Shown: positions 10,608 to 21,133 of the stretch, in pieces
Layout of the letters: each line of letters starts with the position of its first letter
How positions within the stretch are numbered: position 1 is the first letter of the stretch
DNA from: Bdellovibrionales bacterium
GTDB lineage: Bacteria; Bdellovibrionota; Bdellovibrionia; Bdellovibrionales; JAMPXM01
Length of the DNA: 64,000 nt
Reading direction: 5' to 3'
NCBI GenBank assembly: GCA_043739185.1
Contig: JAYUEN010000155.1
Coordinates: 1-64,000 of the forward strand
Translations under genes and position numbers: made by a program
Notes under the pieces: generated by a model
The model's input: only the letters and a program-made list of their open reading frames with translations
What the model was told of the DNA's origin: nothing
The model's database searches: none

Positions 10608-11936
10608 CTAATTCTCTTCCCAATATATCACACTTGGGCGCTCATTTGGCACATCGATTTTTGCAGCAGTAGGACTAGGCGAAGGACTGGGAGTTGGAGT
10701 TCCCCCACCAGGCGGTAGGCCGGGATTTGGAGTTGGCGTCGGAGTAGGAGTGCTACCTGCTTGTTTTTGCTGTTGCATTTGTTGGGTCAAATTGGCCTTA
10801 ACTCGATCATAGTCATAGACGACGGCCTCAATAGTTCTTTGAACTTTACCAGAAATGCCAGTGCTCTTGATGCGAAAGTTAAATTCAGAATCAAAAGATA
10901 GCGGAATCATTTCTTTGGTTTGCGGATCTGTAAAAGGATCGCCAGTAACACCTAAAGAACTGAGCGCTCCCAAAAAATCTTTGTAGTCTTTGAATGGTCC
11001 TCGGGTTGGTGAGGCTCGAAGCTTCAATATTTCGCCGGCTCGCTCAAGGGTAATTTGCGGCGAAAGTGACATCAGTACTTCTTGCGTTGCCAGATTGACA
11101 TTGATTGCTTTGGATCCAAAAACGGTAATATTAGGAAATAAGATATTAAAGAAATCGTCTTTCATATCTTTGACCATATGAATTTCATTGATTGTTTTAA
11201 AAGCTTGGTTAGGAGGAATGAATTCATTGCTAAATTGTGAATAGCGAGTTTTTTTATCGCCGCCGTCAAAATTGCTGGTGGGGCCTTCGCTTACCCAGTC
11301 GGCAATATTATTAATCAGTTTATCAAAGTCATAAGAACTATATTCGGCCGAAAAGGCTTCGTCGCTTTTAATTTTAGATTGAAAAAGCTGCAGCAGTTGA
11401 TTGTGAACCGACTGGGCCACGACTTTGGATTGTGACCCCAAATCGTTAACGTCTATTTTTGAACCCTCACTTGAAATCACGGCAATATATTTACCTTGCA
11501 TACCGCTGGTTTTAACAATTTTGTCGATGCCGGTCTTTGCCATTTTGTCAGTTCCCATCGGGACAATCGGAGGCCATGCAAACGGAAATTGCCAGATCTG
11601 ATCGAGAATAGTCTTATCAGGAAGGGAGTCGCCAATCATGGCTTTGGCTTTTCGAAACATTTGAATGCGAAGCAAGCTCATTTCTAATCCTGCTTTGGCC
11701 GCATAATAAGCTTTTACTTGATCTACGCTTTTTGAACTGAGTACAAATTCAACAGATGTGACATACATGACTTGGGTCGCAATGATGATCATAAAGCTAA
11801 CTGAAAAAATCGCGATCATCAATGCGGAGCCTTTATTGGCCTTTAATATTTTTTTTGATTGATCAAAATTCACAAAGGGAATTTTGATTTCAGTATTCAA
11901 TAGTTGTTGTATTTTTAATAAATATTTTTTCATCAT
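10608..11936 (-). CDS. gspK: Minor pseudopilin GspK
   Basis: KG|SALMIAI, QVKAYYAAKAG, SEGSKIDVN, INVNLAT HhH region; Pro/Thr-rich tail. Confidence 0.85.
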   Translation of the reverse strand: MMKKYLLKIQQLLNTEIKIPFVNFDQSKKILKANKGSALMIAIFSVSFMIIIATQVMYVTSVEFVLSSKSVDQVKAYYAAKAGLEMSLLRIQMFRKAKAMIGDSLPDKTILDQIWQFPFAWPPIVPMGTDKMAKTGIDKIVKTSGMQGKYIAVISSEGSKIDVNDLGSQSKVVAQSVHNQLLQLFQSKIKSDEAFSAEYSSYDFDKLINNIADWVSEGPTSNFDGGDKKTRYSQFSNEFIPPNQAFKTINEIHMVKDMKDDFFNILFPNITVFGSKAINVNLATQEVLMSLSPQITLERAGEILKLRASPTRGPFKDYKDFLGALSSLGVTGDPFTDPQTKEMIPLSFDSEFNFRIKSTGISGKVQRTIEAVVYDYDRVKANLTQQMQQQKQAGSTPTPTPTPNPGLPPGGGTPTPSPSPSPTAAKIDVPNERPSVIYWEEN

Positions 11937-12835
11937 GTCTGCTTTGGAGCTGGAGAAACACTTGGTGAAGGACTCGTTGATGGGGCTGCGTTCGGATCTT
12001 TCTTAATTTCATTATTAGGAAAATGCAGACTCGCAATGATTCTCATCTCAACTGGTTTGGCCTTGGGATTATTCTTATTGTGAACTTTAATAAAAACGTC
12101 GACAGCATAGGGAAAATTATTTTTCATACTGGCATCGCTATCCGTGGTCTTCCAGAGCTCTTGCCATTCCTCATGGCCCGGGCCTAAATACTTAAGCTTA
12201 AATTCGACGACATTTTCAATTAGAACTGATTCGGTGGCATTGGCGTCGGCCACTTCAACTTTGTCATCAAGAGTCGGCGAGACTCTTCGCCAAAGGCAGT
12301 TACTTGAAGTCGGTTGACCTCGATTGCTGAGCCCCTTGCAGGTTTTTAGGAAATAACCAATTTTGGCTTGATCTGAAGACTGCTCATCCCGTTGCACTCG
12401 AAAATTTGATAGAGTAGTAAAATACAAAGACTTTTCATCACCAATAAAGGCTGTAAGTTCTTTAGGGATGTCCTTTGGTTTCGGCGTTGGTGCGGGTGTT
12501 CCTCCGACTCCACCAAATTGTGGTGGCGGAGTTTGCGTGATCGCATTTCCGGGAGTCGAGCCGACTTGGCCTGGAGCCTTGTTCAGATCTTGATTCACCT
12601 GGTTGTACATCGTGATATAGGTGTCGCGATGATGAAAGGCGAGACTGATGTCTTTCTCTATGACCTTGAGGGCTTCGCGAACTATAGAGTCTTGTTCAAG
12701 CTGCAATTCAAATTTTCCCTGGGTTTGAATGGCGCTTCGGATTGAGGTGCTCGTCAATACTGTGAGTACTGCCAAAATGGTCATGGCGATCATCATTTCA
12801 AGAAGAGTAAATCCTGAAGCTTGGCCCTTTGTCAT
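11933..12835 (-). CDS. gspJ: Minor pseudopilin GspJ
   Basis: G|FTLLEMMIAM; LWRR; position in operon. Confidence 0.8.
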   Translation of the reverse strand: MTKGQASGFTLLEMMIAMTILAVLTVLTSTSIRSAIQTQGKFELQLEQDSIVREALKVIEKDISLAFHHRDTYITMYNQVNQDLNKAPGQVGSTPGNAITQTPPPQFGGVGGTPAPTPKPKDIPKELTAFIGDEKSLYFTTLSNFRVQRDEQSSDQAKIGYFLKTCKGLSNRGQPTSSNCLWRRVSPTLDDKVEVADANATESVLIENVVEFKLKYLGPGHEEWQELWKTTDSDASMKNNFPYAVDVFIKVHNKNNPKAKPVEMRIIASLHFPNNEIKKDPNAAPSTSPSPSVSPAPKQT

Positions 12836-13368
12836 TTGCCGCCCGTAAGACCCGGAATACTCGGCATCGTAAGTTCTTTTTTGTAGTCAATAAAATAAGA
12901 GGTGACCGAATTTTTAATTTCTCGCTTGGTTAGCTTGCCAGTGTAGACAATTGTAACCGTCACTTCTTTTACGACTTTGCCGAGAAACTCGGTCATTTGC
13001 CCGATTATGAAAATCATAGTTTGATTTGCGCCGCCGTCTTTCGAAGTCAATAAATCGGTGAGATTTGGCATTTCAAAATCTTTGGTTTTGAGAGTCCATT
13101 TATACTGTGCAAATTCTTTACCGTCTTTACTAAAGTCGCCACCGTCTGCCTCAGGAAGTTCATCGGGCCCTTTGTCTTTGTACATGACTTCAATTTCAGT
13201 CATTTTTTTTTGTAAAAGAAAGGCGACCGTATTATTGATTTTCGTTTTGAGTAAGCGCTGAGAATTACCACTCCATGCATTTGCGACCAATAAGATACCA
13301 CCGCTCATTATGACCATTGCGATCAAGGTTTCAAGTAAGGTGAATCCAGCTAGCCGCAAAAGCCTCAT
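12832..13368 (-). CDS. gspI: Minor pseudopilin GspI
   Basis: G|FTLLETLIAM; position in operon. Confidence 0.75.
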   Translation of the reverse strand: MRLLRLAGFTLLETLIAMVIMSGGILLVANAWSGNSQRLLKTKINNTVAFLLQKKMTEIEVMYKDKGPDELPEADGGDFSKDGKEFAQYKWTLKTKDFEMPNLTDLLTSKDGGANQTMIFIIGQMTEFLGKVVKEVTVTIVYTGKLTKREIKNSVTSYFIDYKKELTMPSIPGLTGGK

Positions 13369-13976
13369 CGGTGATCAATCTCCTTAAGGCTTACATTCTT
13401 TTCGAAAATCGTCGTATGGGCAGTGAGTGGACTAATATAAATCGTCCAAACAAGAGTTTTGTGATCGGACAAATGAATGGCAGACTCTTGAACCAGTCCT
13501 TGTGCAAAAAAGTGAATCGTGGCGTCGCCTCCGGTAATTGATTTTCCGTCTGCAAATTCGATTTGATCAATAAATAGTTCTTTTGGCAACTTGACGGCAT
13601 CTTTCAAGATAGCTTTGCTTGGTTCAAAACCATTGTTCTTAGCGATCAAACTTTTTTTCGGATCATTCTCGTCTTTCAATTTCTTCAATTGATCTTCGTT
13701 TAGTAAAGTCACATTCGCATTGGCAGATTCAATTGAATAGCTATGAAGTTTTTTGGAGTCCATATTGAAAACAATGCGATAAGTGCGATTTTCAAGTCTC
13801 GCGGCATTGTGTACTTCTTTTGCGAGAAGTGCGATGTGTTTGACCTCGTCTTTGATTTTACTTTTGGAGTTTACTAATTTCGGCACCGCAATTGCGAGCA
13901 CGGCTCCTATGATCACAAGCACAATCATGATTTCAATGAGTGTGAAGCCGCGATTCATAGACTTCTTTCCCATCAA
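13365..13976 (-). CDS. gspH: Minor pseudopilin GspH
   Basis: RG|FTLIEIMIV; position after gspG. Confidence 0.75.
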   Translation of the reverse strand: MMGKKSMNRGFTLIEIMIVLVIIGAVLAIAVPKLVNSKSKIKDEVKHIALLAKEVHNAARLENRTYRIVFNMDSKKLHSYSIESANANVTLLNEDQLKKLKDENDPKKSLIAKNNGFEPSKAILKDAVKLPKELFIDQIEFADGKSITGGDATIHFFAQGLVQESAIHLSDHKTLVWTIYISPLTAHTTIFEKNVSLKEIDHR

Positions 13977-13984
13977 AGATGGAA

Positions 13985-14467
13985 TTATTTAGTCCCGACG
14001 TTTTGATCTTCATCGTCAGAGGTAATGTCTCGGTCATAACCAGATCCGCCGGGCTTGCGATCTTTGCCATAGCTTTTCAAAACAAATTTCGAACCATCTG
14101 ATTCAAAGGCGTAAGGTGTGCCCCAAGGATCTTTCGGCACAGACTTCAAATAAGGTTCGGGACCCCAATTGGGACAAGCTTCTGAACCTGGGTTCTGAGT
14201 TAAAGCTTGAAGGCCTTGTTCTGTGGTTGGATATTGAGTGCAATCCACATTGTAGGATTCAAGTTGCTTAGTTACTTCCTTGATTTGAATATAAGCTTCT
14301 TTTTGCCTGGCTTTATTAAGTGCTCCCACCATTTTAGATCCAAGAATACCCATAAGGCCGCCTAAGATCACGAGTACGATCATAATCTCAATTAAAGTAA
14401 AGCCTGATTTTGACAAAATATTTGGTTTTAAAAAGCTTTGCTGTGGTCGCATAGATATCCTTCGCAC
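13985..14467 (-). CDS. gspG: Major pseudopilin GspG
   Basis: G|FTLIEIM; YPTTEQGLQAL; PKDPWGTPY; SYGKD..PGG. Confidence 0.93.
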   Translation of the reverse strand: MRRISMRPQQSFLKPNILSKSGFTLIEIMIVLVILGGLMGILGSKMVGALNKARQKEAYIQIKEVTKQLESYNVDCTQYPTTEQGLQALTQNPGSEACPNWGPEPYLKSVPKDPWGTPYAFESDGSKFVLKSYGKDRKPGGSGYDRDITSDDEDQNVGTK

Positions 14468-14503
14468 TTAATTTCAATTTAATTTTTTAAAGGTGAAATT
14501 TTG

Positions 14504-15724
14504 CTAACCGTTGCCGCCCAAATTTGCCATATCAAACATCGGCAGCATAATTGAAAACACAATCACACCGATTACCAAACCCATCATAATGATCATCACG
14601 GGTTCGAGCAAGGATGTTAAACCTTGAACTTGTGTTTTCACTTGAAAATCATAGGAGTCGCTGACCTGCGTTAGCATATTTTCGAGCTCGCCGGTTTTTT
14701 CTCCAATATTAATCATATGAGTAACAATGGGCGGAAACTGTTCGGATTTTTTTAAAGGACCCGCAATAGATTCTCCCTCAGAAATATTGTCTCTGGCCTG
14801 AATAATGGCCACGGCTAAAACATGATTGCCTACAACATTTGAAACGATATCCATTGCCGATAGCATGGGAACACCACCCTGAAGCAGGGTAGCAAGCGTA
14901 CGGGTAAATCTCGAAACAGCTACCAAGCGAACCAATTTGCCAATGACCGGAATTTTTAACAAGATTGCATCCCAGGTTTTTGAACCATTTTCAGAAACCT
15001 TCCAGGTTTGAAAAGAGAAATATCCCCCAAAAATGAGGACCAATATGACATGCCAGTAATTCACGAGCAGGCTACTGAAATTGATCACCACCAGGGTATA
15101 CCAAGGGAGTTCCATTTCGGCACTCTCGAAGATGGAAGTAAGCTTTGGAATAACAAATATGAAAATCACGGCAAGCATAGCCAGAGTAAAAATAAACATA
15201 ATTGCGGGATATAGAATCGCAGATTTAATCTTTGAATTAAGCTCGTTTTGCGCTTCTTTGAATTCTGCAAGCCTAACTAAAATGACGTCTAAATTTCCGG
15301 TGGCTTCACCGGCCTCACACATGGTCACATAAATATGATCGAAAAGTTTTGGATACTTAGCAAGACTCTTATAAAAAGGAGCTCCTTCATTGACCATATT
15401 TTTAATGTCTGAAATGGCTTCTTTTAAAGTTTCATTTTCAACTTGATCGGCAACTGCGGCAAGAGATTCTACGAGCGGAATTTTGGCTTTGATTAAAGTT
15501 GAAAGCTGTCTTGTCATCATCGAGAGTTCGTCAATGCTGATTTTCTTTCCTGAGCCTGATTTTTTCTTGTTTTTAAGTTGTTCTTTGCCCTTGTCTTTTA
15601 AATCAACTACGAAAACGCCATCTTTTTTAAGTTTTGTCCGGGCCGCTCTGAGATTTTCAGCATCGATGGTTCCTCTAAGGTTCTTTCCGGCTTGATTCAA
15701 TCCACGATACTCAAATATTGGCAT
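14504..15724 (-). CDS. gspF: Type II secretion platform protein GspF
   Basis: MPIFEYRG; TRQLSTL; GEATGNL; YP motif; GEKTGEL; EP motif. Confidence 0.93.
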   Translation of the reverse strand: MPIFEYRGLNQAGKNLRGTIDAENLRAARTKLKKDGVFVVDLKDKGKEQLKNKKKSGSGKKISIDELSMMTRQLSTLIKAKIPLVESLAAVADQVENETLKEAISDIKNMVNEGAPFYKSLAKYPKLFDHIYVTMCEAGEATGNLDVILVRLAEFKEAQNELNSKIKSAILYPAIMFIFTLAMLAVIFIFVIPKLTSIFESAEMELPWYTLVVINFSSLLVNYWHVILVLIFGGYFSFQTWKVSENGSKTWDAILLKIPVIGKLVRLVAVSRFTRTLATLLQGGVPMLSAMDIVSNVVGNHVLAVAIIQARDNISEGESIAGPLKKSEQFPPIVTHMINIGEKTGELENMLTQVSDSYDFQVKTQVQGLTSLLEPVMIIMMGLVIGVIVFSIMLPMFDMANLGGNG

Positions 15725-15745
15725 TTCGTTCCTCGTTTAAATAAA

Positions 15746-15852
15746 CATCAGCAATTCAGGCGCCGGCAATCAGTAATCGGCCATCGGAATCTGAAAACAG
15801 AAACTGAGCCTGCCGACCGCGGACTGTTTACCGCTGCCCGAAATCCGCGGTC
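15746..15852. repeat. Degenerate 7-nt periodic repeat tract with a 9-bp inverted repeat in the gspE-gspF spacer
   Basis: cgccggc-aatcagt-aatcggc-catcgga-atctgaa-aacagaa-actgagc-ctgccga in 7-nt register; gaccgcgga (15815-15823) pairs with tccgcggtc (15844-15852). Confidence 0.55.
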
Positions 15853-15868
15853 TGAATTCCGCTGTATC

Positions 15869-17560
15869 CTACAAATCGACTTGCGTATTGGCGAGCACTT
15901 CTTCAATCGTCGTAATTCCGGTTAGAATCTTTTGAATTCCGTGATCTCGAAAGGTTCGCATTCCGTCTGCAATCGCCTGCTTTTTAATGGCGCCACCGTC
16001 TTTTTTAATCATAATCAGATGTCTAATTTCTTCATTGATCATCATAAGCTCTTGAATGATAGTCCGGCCTAAATAACCTTTATGGTTGCAGTGCTCGCAG
16101 CCCACATTCTTAAAAATACGGCCAGCTTGTGCCTGAGAGCGAGTGAGCCCAATCGAATTGAGTTCAGTATCACTTGCCACATGAGGGGCTTTGCAGTGAG
16201 GGCATAAGACGCGAACCAAGCGTTGCGCGATCACGCCAAGTAAAGACGTGGCCACTAAGAAAGGCTCGCAGCCCATATCTGTTAAGCGCGGAAATACGCC
16301 GGCCGAATCATTGGTATGAATTGTTGAAAGTACCAAGTGGCCAGTGAGCGAGGCATTGATGGCAATCTCGGCGGTTTCAAGGTCACGAATCTCTCCGATC
16401 ATAATCACATTTGGATCTTGCCGAAGAATGGCTCTGAGGCCCGCAGCAAAGGTAAGGCCAATTTTAGAATTCACTTGAATCTGTCCGATGCCGTGGATTC
16501 TTTGCTCCACGGGATCTTCAACAGTAATAATATTGGTCGCCACATTATTTATTTTATTTAAACTCGCATATAGTGTGGTTGATTTTCCCGAGCCCGTAGG
16601 TCCAGTAACCAATATAATTCCGTAGGTTCTAAGCAAGAGATCATTGTTCATTTTATTAAGAGAGTCTTCACTAAAACCAAGCTGTTCTAGATGCAAGACC
16701 ACATTGGATCGGTCCTGCAAACGCATCACGAGGCGTTCACCAAATGAGGTTGGCACCGAGCTGAGGCGCACATCGATGTCTTTGCCGCCGACTTTCAGCG
16801 GAATACGGCCGTCTTGAGGCAGCCTTTTTTCTGCGATATTAAGATTGCCCATAACTTTTATTCTAGAGGTAATTGCGTTTTGCAGTTTTTTAGGTGGTTT
16901 AAAAATATCAAATAATAAACCATCGACGCGAAAGCGCACGACCATATCTTTTTCAAATGGTTCGATGTGAATATCGGAAGCCTTTTCTTTCACCGCGCGA
17001 AAAAGTAGGGTATTGACGAGTCGGATCACCGGGGCATCATCTTCGCCGCTTTCTAAAAGATCGACAATTGGTTCGTCGAGATCGTAGTCTTCTTCTTCGA
17101 TTTCTTCTAAGCCCTGAAGAGCGGCGGTGCTTTTTTCGTAAACTTTATTGATGGCATCTAAAATTTTGATTTTTGAGGTCATGATAATGCGAATTTTCTT
17201 CTTATACATGACTCGCAAATCATCCATGATCTTATTATTGAGTGGATTTGTCGTGAGTACAAAAACATGGTCTTTTTCATCTTTGAAGGGCAGCACTTCA
17301 AATTTTTTCGCCAGATTGATCGGAATATGTCTGATCAAATCAACTGGGATATCATTTACGGGAATATCTTTTAGGTACTGAATCCCGAGTTTTGAACAGA
17401 TCTCTGAAATAATCTCATCAGCATTGGTTGATTCTTTTTTGCTGAGGTACTCACCTAGAGAATGTCCTTGGTCTATATTCATCGCGAGCAAGGCACTCAG
17501 CTGTTCGCTTGTAATAGAGGTGCTCTTTAGAATGATGCTCTCAATTTGTGGCGCGGCCAT
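15869..17560 (-). CDS. gspE: Type II secretion ATPase GspE
   Basis: ASDIHIEP, RLPQDGR, Walker A GPTGSGKST, LRQDPNVIMIGEIRD, CxxC...CxxC. Confidence 0.95.
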   Translation of the reverse strand: MAAPQIESIILKSTSITSEQLSALLAMNIDQGHSLGEYLSKKESTNADEIISEICSKLGIQYLKDIPVNDIPVDLIRHIPINLAKKFEVLPFKDEKDHVFVLTTNPLNNKIMDDLRVMYKKKIRIIMTSKIKILDAINKVYEKSTAALQGLEEIEEEDYDLDEPIVDLLESGEDDAPVIRLVNTLLFRAVKEKASDIHIEPFEKDMVVRFRVDGLLFDIFKPPKKLQNAITSRIKVMGNLNIAEKRLPQDGRIPLKVGGKDIDVRLSSVPTSFGERLVMRLQDRSNVVLHLEQLGFSEDSLNKMNNDLLLRTYGIILVTGPTGSGKSTTLYASLNKINNVATNIITVEDPVEQRIHGIGQIQVNSKIGLTFAAGLRAILRQDPNVIMIGEIRDLETAEIAINASLTGHLVLSTIHTNDSAGVFPRLTDMGCEPFLVATSLLGVIAQRLVRVLCPHCKAPHVASDTELNSIGLTRSQAQAGRIFKNVGCEHCNHKGYLGRTIIQELMMINEEIRHLIMIKKDGGAIKKQAIADGMRTFRDHGIQKILTGITTIEEVLANTQVDL

Positions 17561-17562
17561 AT

Positions 17563-19989
17563 CTAGTCGTTCCGTTTGGTTCGTTCAAGTACTTCTTCTA
17601 CTTCGGCATGGGGCATATCTTCGATGACTTTACCGTATGGATCGCGGCCATTGAAATTCTTTTTCAGCCACTCGATGCGATTCTGAGCTTTGCTGTTCAG
17701 TAACTCATGATTGTCTTTTGAATTGCGCAATATTTTAGGTGTTATGAAGATCACCAAATTCATTTTGTCTTTTCGAACGACACTCGTTTTAAACAACCAA
17801 CCAAGAATGGGTAGATCGCCCAATACCGGAACCTTCTGTTCTTGAACGCTCTCCTCATCGTGGATGAGTCCGCCCAAAACCGCAGTATCGCCGCTATTGA
17901 TAACAATATTAGTATCAATCTTTCTTTTTGCAATAACGGTTGTATTGCCAACAAAGCTTTGTGCAAGTGCTTGGGTATTAGTAGGTTGTTTTACTTCTTG
18001 TACCAACTTCATTCGGACTTGATCTGAATCCGGCGAAATATGTGGTGTGATCTTGAGTGAAATATTGACGTCTTCTAAATTGGGAGCAGCGGTGGTTTGA
18101 CCATTTGCTGTTGTTGAGAGCGTTTGACTGATCGGGATTCGAGATCCAACTTCAATTGTTGCGTCTTCATTGTCGAGTGCCAAAATTTGGGGAGTTGAAA
18201 GAATATTGCCTTGAGATTGTGTTTGCAGAAAGCTTACCAAGGCCAAAAGAGACGGAATGCGAAAGGTTTGGTTATTTAGGGTGAGATTCAGAGTATCTCC
18301 GGCACCAAATCCTAAAATCGCACCTGGCTGTGTGGGATCAATCAATTTGCCTAGATTGCCGCCGCCATAACCAACGCGCGCAGGGCTTGCGACTTGATTG
18401 TTATTGGCATCGGTTGCGGTTTGAAATTTGACGATATTGGAGTCCCAGAGATTGGCTTTGCTTGCACTCATCTCCATAATGATGGCTTCAACAAAAACCT
18501 GGTCGCGAGGTACGTCTACTTTTGCAAGAATTCTTTTGATGATTTCATAATCGACTTTGCTGGCAGTGATCACAAGTGAGTTATTTGCTTTGTCAGCTGC
18601 AATCTTAACATCTCCACCAAAAATGCTATTTCCGGTTGGCTTCGAAGCTGGCGGATTGAAGCCGCTAAAACCACCTGCGGGCGAAGCTGGTGTGCTAGCG
18701 GCGGCACCACTGACACTAGCAACACCGCTGAGGGTTTGCGCGATTTTTTCAGATTCACCGTACCTTACAAAATAAACATAAACCCCGGCTTCGCTTGGAT
18801 CTAATTTGTAGTCTAATTTGCGAACGAGAGCGCGAACTTTGTCGACGCCTGCTTTGTTTCCGACAACAATGAGCGCGCCAGTTCTTTCATCAGGCATAAC
18901 CAGAGATAAGTTTTCATTGCTGCCGCCAGGTTGCCCGGGCATTCCGTTTCCGCGATAGCGTGGGACTCCGAAGCCGCCAGTTTGTGCGCCCTTTGTCGGG
19001 TCTTTATTGATGATGGCATTGATAAGATCTGCAAGCTCTTTGGATTTGGCATATTTTACTGGTAGCACAACGAGCTGTTCATCAAAGCCCGGTTTATCAA
19101 GCTCTTCAATAACTTTGGTGATCTTATCAACGTTTGAACCGTAGTCATTGATGATCAATGAATTCGTTGGAGCATATGGAGCAACATCGCCGTCGCGAGT
19201 TGAGAGAATGCCTAAGTTCTTTTTGATATCATCCGCGGAAATGTGTTTGAGATGAATAATTTTGGTTACGAAAACATCAGAAGTTGGATAGTAGGCTCCT
19301 GAATAAGTCGGGATGCTATCGTTTTTAGCTGCTTTTGAGCTTTTAATTTTTAAGAATTTTCCGTAGGGAACCACAGTAAAACTATTGGCCGCGAGTGCAG
19401 CTAAGAAAGCTTTATAGGCTTCAGCCACAGTCACTTTACTTGGGGCCACAATGCTAATTTTACCATGCACGGTCGAATCAATGATAAAATTCTTTCCTGT
19501 CAAGTCACTGATTGCTTTGATGACGTCGGTGATCTCGGCGTTTGGATAATCAAAGCTCTCAATCTCATCTGGATAATTCTCATTGGTGATTTCTTCAATC
19601 GAAGCATCTTTGATTGGCTTTTTATTCATGGCTTGAACAGGTACAGCCGGAGTCGTTGGTGGATTCTTTTTTGGCGTCCCGGTTTTAGGCAAGTAAGTAC
19701 TTGTCGTCGTGCTTGGATTTGCGCCACGATTGTCTGGAGGAAAGCCCGCGCTATTGCCTCCAGTATCGGCTTGATTGTTTGGTTGCGTTTGTTGCGCTGG
19801 TGGAGGGGGTGGTGGCTGAGGAAAGCGACCTTGGGGCTGCTGTCCTGGAGCCTCATCATCCTCATCATCAAAAAGGCGGTCGATATCGCTCGGAGCTTGA
19901 GCGGATACCATTTTGACGCTGCTGATTTGTACGAGCGTCAATGACAGTAAGATAGCTCGCGCCAGCTTGATTGAGAAATGTAATTTCAT
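17563..19989 (-). CDS. gspD: Type II secretion secretin GspD
   Basis: Signal peptide, N0-N3 domains, QVFVEAIIME, KVPVLGDLPILGWLF, FITPKI. Confidence 0.95.
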   Translation of the reverse strand: MKLHFSIKLARAILLSLTLVQISSVKMVSAQAPSDIDRLFDDEDDEAPGQQPQGRFPQPPPPPPAQQTQPNNQADTGGNSAGFPPDNRGANPSTTTSTYLPKTGTPKKNPPTTPAVPVQAMNKKPIKDASIEEITNENYPDEIESFDYPNAEITDVIKAISDLTGKNFIIDSTVHGKISIVAPSKVTVAEAYKAFLAALAANSFTVVPYGKFLKIKSSKAAKNDSIPTYSGAYYPTSDVFVTKIIHLKHISADDIKKNLGILSTRDGDVAPYAPTNSLIINDYGSNVDKITKVIEELDKPGFDEQLVVLPVKYAKSKELADLINAIINKDPTKGAQTGGFGVPRYRGNGMPGQPGGSNENLSLVMPDERTGALIVVGNKAGVDKVRALVRKLDYKLDPSEAGVYVYFVRYGESEKIAQTLSGVASVSGAAASTPASPAGGFSGFNPPASKPTGNSIFGGDVKIAADKANNSLVITASKVDYEIIKRILAKVDVPRDQVFVEAIIMEMSASKANLWDSNIVKFQTATDANNNQVASPARVGYGGGNLGKLIDPTQPGAILGFGAGDTLNLTLNNQTFRIPSLLALVSFLQTQSQGNILSTPQILALDNEDATIEVGSRIPISQTLSTTANGQTTAAPNLEDVNISLKITPHISPDSDQVRMKLVQEVKQPTNTQALAQSFVGNTTVIAKRKIDTNIVINSGDTAVLGGLIHDEESVQEQKVPVLGDLPILGWLFKTSVVRKDKMNLVIFITPKILRNSKDNHELLNSKAQNRIEWLKKNFNGRDPYGKVIEDMPHAEVEEVLERTKRND

Positions 19990-20023
19990 GTTGTGTACCT
20001 TCCTTGGTTCGCAAAATAAAAAA

Positions 20024-20905
20024 TTATCGAATGGTATAGTTCAGTGATTCGCCTCTGCCGTCACGTTCGACATCTAAACGAATAGAGCCAGCCGTTTTTA
20101 AATCATTGTACAATTGCAGTGCTTTGCTTGCGCTATCAATGGGCTCACCGTTGGCCGCCTTGACCACATCTCCGGCTTTGATCCCGAGTTTGTCAAAAAT
20201 ACTACCCTTTTGTAAGTCGACAATTGTGAAGCCATCAATAGCGCCGCCTTTAAAGTGGGGTACCGCACGAGCTTGCTGCAAAATATCTGAGAGATTATTG
20301 GTGAGACGATCGACATCGGTCCTGGTAATGGACATATCCGTTTCAGATTCATGAACCACTTCACCCGTCACATTGGGTTTACTCACGCCAAAGTTGAGCT
20401 TTGAATCTTGTTTGATTTCAATAAACTCAAGCCGACCGATAGCTAAATTTCGAAAAACAACTTTATTGCGATCGACGTGTACGATCTTTGCCATTCCCTC
20501 AATCTCATCATCGATTGCGAAACTTTGATTTTCATTTTTATTTTTAAGTGCAATCGTCGCAATCGAGCGGGCAGGGTCGGCATGCACCAACGTACCCACC
20601 AGGCCAAGTGGTAAGCTTGATAAGACCGGAGGCGCGTCAGCCGGTGCTTTCGAATTTGAATCGGCGCCCAAGGCATCCGGAATTTTGCCGTCTGAATTGA
20701 AAATATTTTTTTGAGTAATAATATTATACGAAGCTAAATCGGATCCGGCGCCGGTTTGACGAAACTTAACTCGTGCTGGGGGCGGGCCCTTTGCCGGAAT
20801 CATTTGATCCCGAAAAGACAAAATGGCTAAGTCAGCAGTTGCATAGCCAACGAATGCTAGCAAAAAATAAATGTAAGTTCCTGCAAACGGTGCTTTTGAA
20901 TTCAT
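20024..20905 (-). CDS. gspC: Type II secretion protein GspC with PDZ domain
   Basis: TM, HR domain (LVGT...A), PDZ (LGIKAGDVVKAANG); first gene of the operon. Confidence 0.88.
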   Translation of the reverse strand: MNSKAPFAGTYIYFLLAFVGYATADLAILSFRDQMIPAKGPPPARVKFRQTGAGSDLASYNIITQKNIFNSDGKIPDALGADSNSKAPADAPPVLSSLPLGLVGTLVHADPARSIATIALKNKNENQSFAIDDEIEGMAKIVHVDRNKVVFRNLAIGRLEFIEIKQDSKLNFGVSKPNVTGEVVHESETDMSITRTDVDRLTNNLSDILQQARAVPHFKGGAIDGFTIVDLQKGSIFDKLGIKAGDVVKAANGEPIDSASKALQLYNDLKTAGSIRLDVERDGRGESLNYTIR

Positions 20906-21133
20906 TGCTGCCCATTTTTATATTTAAACCAGAGCTCGATTACCAAAAATAGTGTAACAGACCAAAGTGAGACAAACATTAACTTTTTTCAACTCAAACT
21001 TGTTCAATTGAAAATTGCAAATGCGAGAGAAGTCTCATAGAATTCTCAAAAAGAGTAAATAATTGGGATTTGTTATTCTCGTTCACGACCTGAGTCTAGT
21101 TCCATTTATAGTTCGGATAAAAATGGGGAGCAA

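Noticed and set aside
19465..19944. 159-aa plus-strand ORF
   Set aside because: It is an antisense shadow of the Pro/Gln-rich gspD N-terminus.
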